Below, piece by piece: positions 50,903-64,000 of a stretch of DNA of 64,000 nt (within the stretch, counting starts at the first letter, position 1; the number at the start of each line of letters is the position of its first letter). A program made the translations under genes and the position numbers. The stretch is from Camelus ferus (Eukaryota), in contig NC_045697.1 in the NCBI RefSeq assembly GCF_009834535.1, forward strand, positions 52,888,001 through 52,952,000. The letters are read 5' to 3'. The notes under the pieces were generated by a model. The model had not been told where the DNA came from. It was given only the letters and a program-made list of their open reading frames with translations, and did not search any database.

Positions 50903-53900
50903 TCCAGAATTCATTTTTGAATGTATATTTTAATATGTTTTGTCATTCAGCAAATATTAACTGCTTACTAACTGTAGCAGAATGCTACATGCTGTAGTAG
51001 ATCCAAAGGTGAATTAGCCACAGACTCCTCTCTCAAGGAGATTATAATCAGGCAGAAAAGAACATATGCATATGATTACTAAAATCTAAGGCAGTGTGTA
51101 ATGTAAACCCAGTGCTGTGAGAGATCAGAGGGTTGAGAGATCACCTCTGGATTGTTATTCTGGGAATATTGCTTAAAGGATGTTGCATCCAAGCTGGGAT
51201 GTAATTATATCTTTGCTTTAGGTGTGTTAAATTTTCATTATATCTAAACATCAAGTTCTATTTAGGCACATAATGAATCTCAATTTTTCTGTTCATTTTT
51301 ATTGATAACTATTTAAGACTTTGTAGTCATACTTAACAAATGCATATGCTGTTATAGAGAAGGTAGAAAAATATTTTAGATATTTTTAATGGGAATGATC
51401 ACATTGCTCTAATGTTATTTGGTTTATACTAAACTTTACATTTCCTAACTATTTAGAATAGAGTTGCGATATCCAGTGCATATTCAGAAAGTATTTAACA
51501 TTCTCAGATCTTTTTGATTAACAGTTCAGAAGTCAGTTCTTCAGTTCGAGCAGCTCCCATAGTCTAATCTTCCATAGCTTAATCTTGGAATTATTTGCCA
51601 CTTAGGTGAGGAAATTGTTTTCTTTAAAAATTTGTATTGCTGAAAAGATGGATTAATGCTTTATTATATCATCAGCCTATGAAAATTAAAAAGAAAAACC
51701 CTGTGTCCTCAGAGAAAAATAATAAATATTAAATAACATTTGACATTTAACCATTGTGTTTGTGGCAACTATAATTTATCATCAACTTGAATCTTTATTA
51801 CATTATTGTGATGCCTGGCTCAGGAGCTAGCAAACTACACATAATAAGGGCCAATAGTTTTTTTTTAAAAATACCCTTTTGCCTTATTCTAAGTCCTTTG
51901 TGGGATTTTTTTACTGTAGAAGGTAGGGGTTTATGAATGACACATAAGTGATATTAGGACACTTTCTTCAGGACATGAGTTCTGATTGTTGAAGATACTC
52001 TACCATCAGATTAGCTTAAACTGATCTCAGTTTCTCCTGGACTATGCAGCAATAATAATAGCGAACATAGAGAGTAGTTATTATGTGTCAGTACTGTTAT
52101 AAGCCCTTGACGTTCATCCCTATGGGGAAGTATCATGGTAATCTCTAATTTAGGAAGCTGAGGCACATGGAGTTTAAGTGAGGTCATAAAATTAGTAAAT
52201 GGTAGAACTAGATTTGAACCTGGACAGTTTGGCTTTGGAATCCAGTCTATATTATAGCCACCTATTGTACTGTATTGGCTTTCATATATTCCCTTAATAG
52301 ATTTTTTTCATTTCCAGTCTCTGCTATAGATTTGATTCAGCATCATCAGATGTATCTTTCTAGAATATAATTTCCATCATCCCACCCTTTTGTTCAAAAT
52401 CTTTCAATGACTCTCAGTTACTATCAAGATAAAACTCACAACATACATACTTCCCCAGTTTTGCCTCAAAGGAACCTTTCTAGCCATACCTTTCATTCCC
52501 CCTCCGCAACTAAAACCTTCCATTCTAACTTAAGTGCTCTACCACTCTTTATTCTTCAAACATTGCTTTGCAGTTTCCTTCTCTCTTTGCTCATCTGTTC
52601 AGTATTCTCATAATTACTTATGTAAGAATTTACAAATCACTATAGACATCTTTTTGGCTAACAGGTTCGCAGACGGGTCCAAAATGGGGCCATATGAGGC
52701 TGTTTGAAAAGCTATTATTGTTAACAGGGCGTTGGAGACAACTTGGATGCCCATCCCTGGAAAATGTCATTGGTGAACAGCATGGAATTTAGGTGCATAG
52801 AGGGACCGTACATCTTGGTTTGCTTAGTACAGTCCTGCTTGTTATCCCAGCATAATTATTAATGGCACCCTTTTTTACTTTTATAATTTAGATGATAAAT
52901 TATATGGTAATTACACAGTGATTGGCAACAGTGGATGATATATCCACATAGCAACATGAATGGATCTAAAAACAATGTGTTTAGGGGAAAAAAGTTAAAA
53001 AGTGAGATATGTAGTACATATGTGCAACAATACAACAGTACACATTTTGTAAGAACACATACAAACAAAATAATGTACATTAAATACAAAGAATAGTTGC
53101 TTATGGGGGAGCAAAGAATGGGATGAAGCTTGGAGATTAGAAGAAATAGGAGAGGAACTTTCCATGGACCAATAATAATAATGTGCCAGGAACTGAGGAG
53201 AATAACTGCATCTGAGGTTCAGTTAAAAACAAACAGACAAAAAATGACCATGTACATCTCTAACTTAAAGTCCTTTAAAAGCTTCCCAACATCTATAGGA
53301 TCAAATTTATATTCCTCAAGAGCTGACTGCCACATACATTTTAAACTTTACATCTTACCACATGCTTACTGCTACCACGTGTGCTGTAGCCTTGCATATA
53401 TACATAATACATGTATAATACATGTAAACATTGGGCTAAGAGCTAAAGCCTTTATTGTATAGAGAATGAAAGCTGACTAAAGAAAAAAATTTTATATGAA
53501 CTGTGTTTCAAAGACCTTCACCATCAAAGCTATAATTACTATTGTATCAATAGTTAATATATAAATATTTGTGTCTGTAAGCTTCCTCATGAATCTTGTG
53601 CAGGCTGTGCTCTTTCTTACCTCCTTTCCTTTACATTTGTTTCTTTTATACTTTCTGGAGAACTCTTATTCATCATTTAAGACTAATTTTAAATGTCACC
53701 TTAAAAGCCTTTTCAGGCCTCACGATGAAGAACTTCCTCTTTTGCATTCCCATGCTTTATACAGATCTCCCTCCATTAAATCTATAAGCCCCATTAAGTC
53801 TGGATCAAAGTAGGCATTTTTTAAAATCCCTAGAATCCAAGCCAGTATTTGAGAAACTCAGTGTCAGCATACAAAATAGTAGCCTTTAACAATGAATTGC

Positions 53901-54107
53901 AATGTCTTTTGTATTTCTCTGGTCATCAGCATAGGGTTTTTTTTTTTTTAAAGTCACATTTAAAAGATGATGAAGTATTTAATATATGGCTTTTGTGAAC
54001 TTAAGCTAATGGTTAAATGTGTATTTCCTTTTATCCCAGTGTCACAGACTAGGTTATGATGACTGAAGTTGTCAGAGAAGTAACTTTTTTAATGCTCAGA
54101 GAAGTAG

Positions 54108-54250
54108 TAATCATAAAAATAATTTGAGAGTGATGATGGGAATTACCATATTCTTGGTGTTAAAAATGATTAAATTATGATTAATCATAAATAATAATGA
54201 GTGATAATGGAAAAATGTATTCTTGGTGTTAAAAGCAATTAACTTATTTA
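54108..54250. repeat. Diverged ~70-bp tandem duplication
   Basis: Two units, each TAATCATAAA...GAGTGAT(G/A)ATGG...TATTCTTGGTGTTAAAA. Confidence 0.75.
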
Positions 54251-55125
54251 GATAATTTAATATACTCACAGGAACTCTTTGAACTATTTTTGGGTGCAGA
54301 AAAAGAAGAATTATTTTTAGATGTAAGAAAGAAAATAGAAGAGATGAAGTATAGTTGCCATCTGCTTTCATTTCTGTCGGAAACCACTTACTCTGAAACC
54401 AGTAGGTTATAGATTCTTTTTTGCAAACTAAGGTCTGGATCTATTTAAAGACATGAAAATGCTAAAAGTGATTTGGAAGCAAAATATAGAACTTCTACTA
54501 AAATATGAAATAAACATATGAACTCTTCTAAGCTTTTAATTAAAAATGACTAGGTTTGGTAGTTTTAATTACAAAATGAAGAATTTAATGAAATTGTGAC
54601 ACTGCTTTCCTTTCCAAACTCTAATCCAACTAAATACTGCATAATTATTTTCTAAACATTATTTTATACCTTTTTTTTGGTCATGAGGAACCTTGTAGAT
54701 ATAATTATACATATATATATATATAATATTTATAACTATTTATTCAATGATAATTATAGCTTTGATGGTGAAGGTCTTTTGAAACACAGTTCACTTAATT
54801 TTTTTTCTTTAGTGAGTCTTCATTCTCTACATCATAAAGCCCTTAGCCTAATATTTAGGGCCTGCCTTTACCTGGCCCCAACTTATTTTTCTAGCTGCTA
54901 TTCTACTTTCATTGAGAAACTCTACATTCTGGTCCAATACACATTGTTTTCTTTCTCTTTTTGAGATTTCTTTCTCTTGGCTTTTATTTATGCTGCCCCA
55001 CATCTCAATTCTTAGATGGCCTTCAAGGCCTACCTAAAATCGTATCTTCTCTCGGCTGTATTCTCTGATATGCTTCCTTTCATTAGAGCTAATAGCCCCT
55101 TAACTCTTCCTATGTTAGGATTTTT

Positions 55126-56128
55126 TAAAATTGAAGTATAGTTGATTTATAATATTGTGTTAGTTTAAGGTGTACAGAAAAGTGATTCAGTTATTTTTTT
55201 CAGACTATATTCCATTATAGGTTAGTACAAGATATTGAATGTAATTCCTTGTACCATACAGTAAATCCTCATTGCTTGTCTATTTTATATATACTAGTTT
55301 GTATCTGTTAATCCCGTATTCTTGATTGTCCCTTCCTCCCTCTTTCCCACTTTGGTAACTGTAACTTTGCTTTCTATGTCTGTGAGTCTGTTTCTATTTT
55401 ATATATAGATTTATTTGTATTTTTTTTATATTCCACATGTAAGTGATATCATATAGTATTTGTCTTTTTCTGACTCACTTCACTGCTTGTAATAGTCTCT
55501 AGGTCCATCCATGTTGCAGTTGGCAATATTTCATTTTTTTATGGCTGAGTAATGTTCAATTATATATATATGTATGTGTGTGTATGTATATGTATGTGTA
55601 TATATGGTATATATGACATATGTATGTGTATATATGATATAAGAAGATATCATATATATCTATATATCTATATATATATCTATCTTCTTAAGTCAGTTGT
55701 CTGTTGATGGGCACTCAGGTATTTCTGTGTCTTGGCTGTTGTAAATAGTGCTGCTGTGAATGTTGGAGTGCATGTATCTATTTAAATTAGAATTTTCGTC
55801 TTCTCTGAATATTTGCCCAGGAGTGGGATTGCTGGATCATATGGTAGCTCTATTTTTAGTTTTTTTAGGAAATTCCATACTGTCCTCCATAATGGCTGCA
55901 CCAGTTTACATTCCCACCAACCGTGTAGGAGGGTTCCCTTTTCTCCATACCCTCTCCAGCATTATTTGTAGACTTTTTGATGATAGCCATTCTGAATGGT
56001 GTGAGGTGATAGCTTACTGTGGTTTTGATTTGCATTTCTCTAATAATTAGCAAAGTTGAGCATCTTTTCATATGCTTGTTGGCCACCTGTATGTATTCTT
56101 TGGAAAAATGTCTATTTAGGTTCTACGC
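55126..56128 (-). mobile_element. 5'-truncated L1 (about 1 kb)
   Basis: [36 protein letters not shown] is the L1 ORF2 C-terminus, followed by the 3' UTR. Candidate TSD TAGGATTTTT at 55116 and 56129. Confidence 0.9.
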
Positions 56129-58679
56129 TAGGATTTTTAAGCATTTTCTCCATTGTGTTAAGACTGTTTATATACTTGTCTTGTATTTTCTGCCAGATAT
56201 ATCACCATTCATCTCTGTAACCATTATGATATTCTAATACAGTTACTTATACATAGTAAGTACCAATAAATAGCTAATGAAATAATGAGTTAAACTGAGT
56301 TCTGCTAAATTTCAATAAGATATTAGAAGTTAGTAAAAATAACTTAAGAATTTAACAAGAGTCTGCAAATGTGACATTGATACACCTCTATTTTTGATAT
56401 TAAAAGATAACTTAGACTTTATTCTAGGAGCAGAGGAGAACCATTGGAGGTTTTAAGCAAGGCAAGATTAGAGAATTGATGGAAAGAGGTGAGGTTATAG
56501 GCAGGAAGTTAGTGTGAGGCTCTTACAGTTATGATAAATTTTATTGTCTAACTAGGGCCCTGGGAATAAGGGTATAAAAAGTACACAGATTAACAGCTAT
56601 TTATGAGCTGGTATTATAGGCTTAGTGTCTGATTAAGTATGAGGGGGTGAGGAGTAACAGTGACTCAGGTTTCCTTGGATGACTAAATGGATGATGGTAC
56701 CCTTCACTAAGAAAACTCAGGAGGAAAGAGGTTAGCAGGGTTTAAGAAACAGAGGGAAATAAGTCTTGGACATGCTGCATTTAATTTTGCACAGCGCTGT
56801 ACTAGGTGCTTAAGAGGGGTGTGTTGAAACATATGAAATACATGGTCTCTGGACTCCTGTTGCCATATTGAACTTTCATTTCCTCCAACAGCCATGTTTT
56901 CTCTCAACTCCAAATTGTTGATATTTTATTCATTCCTAGACCACATTCCTCCCTTTTTTGCCTGACTTCTACTCATCTTTCCTCTGGGAAGCTTTCCTTG
57001 ACCCTACCTCTCTCTCTACCAACATCTGTGCTCCTGTGGCACATTGTACTTGTCATGTAAATCCATTTGATCAAAGACCATACCTATTTTGTTCACTAGT
57101 ATCCCTGACATGAAGAATAGATGCAAACAGATTCTTGTTGAGAGAAAGAATAAATGAATAAATGATCATTTGAATTAAGGTAAGCAGCATTAGCCTTGTA
57201 GACCACATACATGCTTGCTATAATGGCAACTTTATTTCAGTGTCTTAAAGAGAAAATAAATTTTAAACTTATTTAAACATTTTTAAAATAAAAATATGTG
57301 GTTGCCCCCAATTATATGAGGAAATTATAAGCCAAAATGATAGCTATATTAATTTCCTATTGGTACTGTAATAAATATTGGTGCTGTAAAAAATTAGTTG
57401 GGGAGTAATCAATTATTGCACACTTTGAGCCAAAGTGACTTATTTGAAACTCTGAGAGAGATACAAAAGAATTATGTAGTGGTCTTGAATGAATTTGATA
57501 TTTAAAAAGTATTTTTACTGGATATTCCTCACCATGGATTTATGCTTTCTCCTTGTTACTGGGGAAAACAGACTTAGTATGGCACTTAGATATGATGTAA
57601 AAACTGAATAGAAGAGTTAGAACAAGAAAAATTTTATTTCCTTACCCATTTTCCGGAATCTTTATAATTCCTTTTTGTTGTTACATCCTTTTTGGGGGTG
57701 TCAGTTGCTTCTGCTCTTTATGAATCCCTCTCTGCATCTAGAAATTGTTAATTTAGTATGAGATAAATTGTACATGTATGAAACAAGGTGAAAGTAAAGT
57801 AAGATGCCAACTCATGTAAAATGATGCAAAGAGATATAAGATGAATTTATTAGCAATGAAGCAACTGAGTAATGGAATGAACAGAATGGGATGACATAAA
57901 GTGGGGAAGACTTACTAAAATTAGTTTAAAAGATTTTAGGATTTTTGACAAGGATTGGTAGGAAGGAAAAAGAAATTTATGGTGAGGAAATAACAGAGTA
58001 AAAAAGATTCTGATATAGGAATTAGCAAATCATGTGTAGGAAAAGAAAAGCAGACATATTTGACTAGAGCAGAAGCCTCCCTTGAAGATATATTAGAATT
58101 TTCTTAAAGCAGCAAGGGACCAGACCACTGGAGTTAATTAATTGGAAGGAGTATATTGTTATTTGATGAGTTTCCTGGAAACCTTGTTTATTATTGCGTC
58201 TCTAAAGAAATTATTGTGAAATCTAAACTATTGTTTTTCAAATGGATTTTTGGGGGTAGGCTGTTTGTAAATTAGGCCCAGCCCAGAAGGTGGTGAGACA
58301 GAAGAGCTCTGTATATGGTCAAATGACTAACATGTAGTATCCCAAATAGCAATTCTATGAAAAGCCACTGCAGGTGCAAGTTTCTTTAGAAACAGACCAC
58401 AACACAGGTGCAATTGTCCTTATAAACATTTAACCACAAAACACTTAAAGTCTGTGTGGAAAGCCATTGGGAGAAAAAGATAATTCAGTTTTTTTGTTTG
58501 TTTTAATTGTTTAATTTTTCAAAGAGTTTAAGATGAAGTTTCTTTCTCATATTTTGAATTCTTTTTAAGCTTAGTTTTTGCCTCCTGATATCTAACTATA
58601 AATTTTACATACACTGTGATTGGATGCAGATTAATACTTGAAGAAATTCTATATGCAAGAATCAAAATGTTTAGGGTTA

Positions 58680-60035
58680 AAAAATGTCAATTAAACAAAG
58701 GTGCAAAAATAATCCAATGGAGGAAAGATAGCTTTTCAGTAGTGATGCTGGAGCAGTTGAACATTCATAGGCAAAAAAAAAAAAAAAAAAAAAAAAGAAC
58801 CTTGATCTAAGCCTCACACCTAATATAAAATTAACTCAAAATGGATCATGCACTGAAATGTAAATGTAAAACTCTAACACTTCTGGAAAAAACATAGAGA
58901 AAGTCTTCAAGATCTAGGACTAGGGAAGGAGTTCTTAGTCTTGATGCCAAAAGCGCAGTCCATAAAAGGAAAAGTTGATAAACCAGACTTCATAAAAATC
59001 CTATTTAGAGGATGAAAAGACAAGCTGCAGAGTGGGAAAAAATATTTTCAAACCACATGTCTGACAATAGACCTGGTATTTACAATATATAAAGAATTCA
59101 CAAGACTCAACAATTAAAAACCAAATATTCCAATTAGAAAATGGGCAAAAGATAAGAAGAGACATGTCAGCAAAGAGGAGAAACAGATAGCAAATAAGCA
59201 GTAAACACATGAAATTATATTCAGCATCACTAGCCATTGGGGGAATGTAGATTAAAACCACAATGAGATTTTACCACAAGCTTACCGAAATGACTGAAAT
59301 TAAAGAACTAGTTGACACCACCAAATGCTGCTGTGGATGCAGAGAAAGTGTATCACATATATTGCTAGTGGGAATGTAAAATGGTACAGTCACTCTGGAA
59401 AACAATGTGGGAGTTTCTTAAAAAAAAAAAAAATGCAACTTCCAAATGTCCCAGCAATTGCACTAGAAGGGATTTATCCCAGAGAAATGAAGATTAATTT
59501 TGGCACAAAAACCTGTCATGTGACTGTAACAGTTTTATTCATAATGGCCCTAAGCTGGAAACAACCCAGATAACCTTCCATGGATGAATGGTTAAACAAA
59601 CTATGGTACATCTATGAGTATCACAGAATACTACTCAACAATAATAAGGAACAGACTTTTGATACAACAGCCTGGATGAATTTCCAGGGAATTAGGCTGA
59701 GTAAAAAAGCCAATCTTAAAAGATTATATACAATATTGTTCCATTTATACAACATTTATAAATGAAAAAATATAGAAAGAGAGATGAATGGTTGTCAGGG
59801 GTTAAGGAGTGAGTGGATGTGGTTATAAAAGGGCGACAGGAAGGATCTTTGTTGTGATGGAAATGTTCTTTTTTGACTACATCAGTATCAGTATCCTTGT
59901 TGTGACATTCTTGTCACAAGATATAAATGTTACCATTGGAGGAAACTGGGTAAAGGGCACACATCATCTCCCTGTGTTATTTCTTAAAACTGCTTGTGAA
60001 TCTACAATTATTTCTAAATTAAAATTTTAAACATA
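58680..60035 (+). mobile_element. Old L1 (L1MB/MC-like) ORF2 end and 3' UTR
   Basis: Degenerate ORF2 peptides (KGAKIIQWRKDSF; PAIAL.GIYPREMK), ending ...GTGAATCTACAATTATTTCTAAATTAAAA. Confidence 0.85.
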
Positions 60036-60397
60036 AAGTTGAAAAATAATGTCCATTAGAAATTTTTCCATATAAATATGAAAAAATATCGATAGCTTTT
60101 GGTTTTGTGGGAAGTGAAAGAGACTGAAAGGAGGCTTATGCTCCACCTTTAGCTTTAGAATGACTAAGATTGATTCAAAAATTCAAAATAGATTCTAAAC
60201 TTATACAATTCAAATGGGGAAAAAAGTTACTCTTAGAAAGAAGTGCATGGTGTTATTACTATGTTCTCTCCTTCACTTTGCTATAGCTTTGGGGGCCTTC
60301 TTTCCTGCTACTTGTCCTGTGCAGGCCAAACTCTTTTCCCATTTTAGACCTTTTACTTGCTGATTCCTTTCTTCTTGGGAGAGTGTTCAGCTAAGTC

Positions 60398-60905
60398 TGT
60401 GGAAGGCAGAATAATGTCCCCTCAAATTTACATGCCCTAATCTCTAGCACCTATGAATTTGCTACACATTATGTAACAAAAGAGACTTTCAAATGTGATT
60501 AAAGTTATGAGCCTACAGTGGGAGATTATCCTTTATTATCTGGATGGGCCCAGTGTGATCACATGAGCCCCTAAAAGCAGAGAACTTTCCCTAATTGGAA
60601 ACAGGAAAGATGTTGCAAAAGCAGAGGTCAGAGAGATTTGAAGCACGAGAAGGACTTGACCCACTATTACTAAGTTTTAAGATCAAGAGGGCCACTGGCC
60701 AGGGGATGTTGTCAGCATCTAGAAGCTGAGAACAACCTCCAGGTGACAGTAGGTAAGAGAATGGAGACCTTGACTCTAAAAGCACAAGGGACTGAATTCA
60801 ACCAACAACTTGAATGAGGTTGGAAATAGATTCTCTACAAGAGCCTCAAGATAATTAAGACTCAGGCTGGCTGACGCTTAGGTTTGTTTCCACATTGTGA
60901 AACCA
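60398..60905. mobile_element. MaLR LTR (MLT1-like)
   Basis: TGTGGAAGGCAGAATAATGTCCCC...GGGAGATTATCC...CTGAATTC..CCAACAAC.TGAATGAG.TTGGAA, which are MLT1 hallmarks. Confidence 0.8.
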
Positions 60906-61074
60906 GAGCAGTGAGGGTGGTGATTGATGGCAGTAAGTTGAGTTCTGTTGCCTCTTGTTAAGTCATGGAGGAAGTATCTAACTTTCTTTAGAATTTAGGG
61001 TACTTAGCCATTCTTGATGGTCAGCTGTGAGCCCTAGTTGTCAACGCTGTGGCAAAGGAAAAATCACTTTTTAT

Positions 61075-61640
61075 CACTATGGCTATTGTAGTAGTCTATG
61101 AAAGAAGATAGAGGCTTGGACTAGGGTGACAGTGAAAATGGAGAGAATCAGATACATTTGGGATATACTGTGGAAATAAAACAAACGTGACATGGTGATA
61201 AATTGAATGTGAGGGAGAAGAACAGAAGGGGATCAAAGAAGAGGATTTTGCCTTGAGCAACCAGGTGGGTGGAGGTGCCATTTACTGAGATGAGGAAGAC
61301 TAGGGACAGAAAAAGATGGGATTGGAAGTGTGAGAGTGACTTGGTCATCAAGAGTACTGCTTTACCTGGTTACGTTTTAGGTAACTGTTAGACAGACAAG
61401 TGAAGATATCAAAGAGAAAGTTGGATACAGGAGTTTGTAGCTCAGTGGGTAAGGGAAAGTCTACAGTTATACATTGGAAAGTCACAACGTGTTCTACATT
61501 AAAAAACATAGGATCAGATAAAATGAATTAGGGAGAGGATGAGAGAAAAGAGGAGGCTGAGGATCAACCTTAATATTCAGAAGAAAATTCAGCAAGATGC
61601 TGAACAAGAATCATCAGTGAGGTAGGAAGAAAACAAGGAG
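61075..61640. mobile_element. L2 LINE fragment
   Basis: Purine-rich stretch with GGAGGTGCCATTTACTGAGATG and TTGGATACAGGAGT...AGCTCAG motifs. Similar pieces lie at about 2400-2950 and 56420-56850. Confidence 0.6.
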
Positions 61641-62274
61641 AGTATATTCTGTGTGTCTCAAGAGAATCAAATCTTTGTCATGGTTTGAGTATCCTAAATA
61701 TAATAAGTTATGTACAGAGGAAGTGAAGCATTGGCCTATTTCAGATCATCTTCTAAACTCAGACTGTTTGCTGTATAGGACATTGAAACAAAACTTGACT
61801 AGGAGTAAAGAAGGTGAGACTAAATTACCTTAACATCTCTTTCATACAAATGAGTCTATACTGAAACTCATACTGTAAGAATCTCATAGATAAACATGGA
61901 AAAATAAACCATTTTTTGGTGAAGAATTTAGAACATGTGGCTAAGCTCCCAGTTTTAACTCACTTGAATGGAAAGGGTTCTACTATTCACATTTTACATT
62001 TTTTTAAAGTGAGAATTACAAAACCAGAGATAAAGTGGTTTAAAATACATAGTACTATTATATATATGTATATATATATATCACTGTAGTATATATAGTA
62101 CTAAAAATTCATGAAACAATTTACGTATAAAACAGAATTGTAAAATAAATAGAAACCTTAGCTAAATTTTCAATGTAAGCCTCTTTGTTAAAAAAAGAAA
62201 AAACTTTTATTAGCTTCTTGCTCTTTTATAGTTAATGCTGCTAGTTATTCCCCTCCTCCCCCATAGGCTTCTAG

Positions 62275-62452
62275 TCTACCAATTTTCAAATTTTAGTGTA
62301 CATCAGAATCAACTGGAAGCCTTTTTAAAAATACGTATTTCAAAGTTATATCTCCAGAAATTCTGATTGGGTGTAGCCAGGAAATCCGTATTTTGACTAA
62401 TATTCCAAGTGATTCTAGGGAAGACGATCCCTGAGCCACACTTGACAAAACA
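62275..62452. mobile_element. MER5-like DNA transposon remnant
   Basis: TACATCAGAATCAACTGGA...CCAAGTGATTCT...CCACACTTGA.AAA motifs. Confidence 0.6.
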
Positions 62453-63849
62453 CTTATCCTAATCCTATATTGCAGCATAGGTAACTCTCTCCTGGTGACA
62501 AAAGTGCCACTTGGCACTCTCCACACTTCATTAAAATAATTTCTTTTAGATGCATGTTTTGTATAATGGAATTATAAAACTATAAGGCTGAAAGAAACTA
62601 CAGTTAGAGATGAGGTACCTTAACATCTTAGGTGGTTGGTATTTGTTTTGACATCCTGACCACACACTAAAATAATGAACCTTCAGATGTTTCTTTTTCT
62701 ATAAGATATCATTATTCATGTGAATCTTGTATATTTTTCTTAATTCCCAAATAGTTTCTAGGTCCTATGATAGTAGAAATTAAAATGAGAGTAAAGTTTG
62801 ATAGTGTAATAATATTGTGTGTTCTAGTGTCTGGCACTTTGTTCTTGCTAGACATTCAATACATTGAAGGAGTGCAATTATGTGCAAGCCTTTAATTCTG
62901 CTTTCATTCTGCCATTTTTTTTTTCTTACTGCGAGCTGTGAAATCTGCTTGCCTACTTATAGTCCTGAAGTATTTCTTTACTAACTCTCAAAATTATAGG
63001 AGACTCTTAAAAAATTAGAGAACTGAAAACCAAAAGTAAGGTAGATTTGGTGTTGCATATAAATGTAACCAGAATGTTCTTGGAACAAACCTTGCCTAAG
63101 AGACATTCTAACATTGCAGTGGGAGGTAGAGGGATGCCTTGTCTAAAAGCTCAGGCTTTTTTTTTTTGTCGTCACTAATTAATGAGGAAAACTTTTACAA
63201 GAAATACTGCAGTGACAGTGTTCTGTTTAGGCCTATCAAATGAGCATCATTTCATGGGTTTAAATTCTGAAAGTTATAACTAGGTGAGCAAACACAAAGT
63301 TTGCTTTAATACTATCAAATTGTGACAGCAACGGATACATCTAGCATCCACCTGTTTCTAATTCCAGTTCCATGTTTCAGCTTATAAAATAACTGAAAGT
63401 AATGATAATGTGTATATATTATATATGTGATCTGTAATATATATGTTAAACCTGGTAGCTTGGTTAATTAAGGACTAGCAGAAAGAGTTGACCTAAGATA
63501 CAATAGGAACCTTAACAGGCTTTAATTCTTTCCTTTTCCTTCTCTTTCCTTCATTTATTGTTCTAGGCACAACAAATATCATATTATATTTGATTTGAAA
63601 ACCTTGTTATCTAGATAATAATGTTGAGAATCCCTATTTAAACATTTTTAATGGACTCCTGCCTTGAAATTATTTTTAGTCTTCTGATTTAATTATATAG
63701 AATAAATGTAATATAAAAAGTAATTGCACATGGCTTTGGGGGATATTTTGGAAAAAAATACATAAATCTGAGCCATACATTTCTTTCCAGTGCAGCATTT
63801 AAATTTCAGACTTCAACCACAGTTGTGATTGTTTTTAGTTTGTTAGCTG

Positions 63850-63900
63850 CCTGGAGTGTTATTTTAAGAAAGCAGAAGCACCATCATTTGCACACTCCTT
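63850..63900 (+). promoter_or_regulatory. JCHAIN: JCHAIN proximal promoter elements (MEF2-like, PU.1-like, octamer-like)
   Basis: TTATTTTAAG at 63859-63868, AAAGCAGAAGCA at 63869-63880 and ATTTGCAC at 63886-63893. The arrangement fits the JA (MEF2) and JB (PU.1) elements I recall for the mouse J-chain promoter. Confidence 0.7.
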
Positions 63901-63962
63901 GTAGATCACACATCTTAACCCTGACATTTTAGCTCCAGTTTTTCACAAGAAGTGAAGTCAAG

Positions 63963-64000
63963 ATGAAGAACTATTTGCTTTTCTGGGGAGTCCTGGCTAT
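63963..64000 (+). CDS. JCHAIN: Immunoglobulin J chain, start of exon 1 (signal peptide), cut by the window edge
   Basis: ATGAAGAACTATTTGCTTTTCTGGGGAGTCCTGGCTAT translates to MKNYLLFWGVLA, matching the J-chain leader. Position and orientation fit JCHAIN-UTP3-RUFY3 synteny. Confidence 0.93.
   Translation, partial: MKNYLLFWGVLA

Overview
Mammalian genomic DNA covering the RUFY3-UTP3-JCHAIN neighbourhood. It is probably camelid, judged from six copies of a Vic-1-like tRNA-derived SINE. On the minus strand are the 5' part of RUFY3 and the complete intronless UTP3/SAS10 gene (CDS 47895-46471). The RUFY3 part has two alternative coding first exons (34713-34350 and 20398-20221, both ending in phase 1) and a 54-nt in-frame cassette exon (6896-6843) that the ORF track misses; I did not find the next common exon in the window. 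On the plus strand, the JCHAIN promoter and first 38 coding nt lie at the right edge. The rest is intronic or intergenic: a 5'-truncated RPL36A processed pseudogene with a perfect TSD, LTR remnants, L1/L2/MIR/MER5 fragments and microsatellites. I see no new gene system here. The best leads are regulatory or splicing features: the RUFY3 cassette exon encoding an acidic W-x-x-L (LIR-like) peptide, a candidate 48-nt poison exon with similar upstream architecture, and a possibly bidirectional UTP3 CpG promoter facing JCHAIN. Gene and repeat names come from recognition, not a database search; repeat boundaries are approximate.
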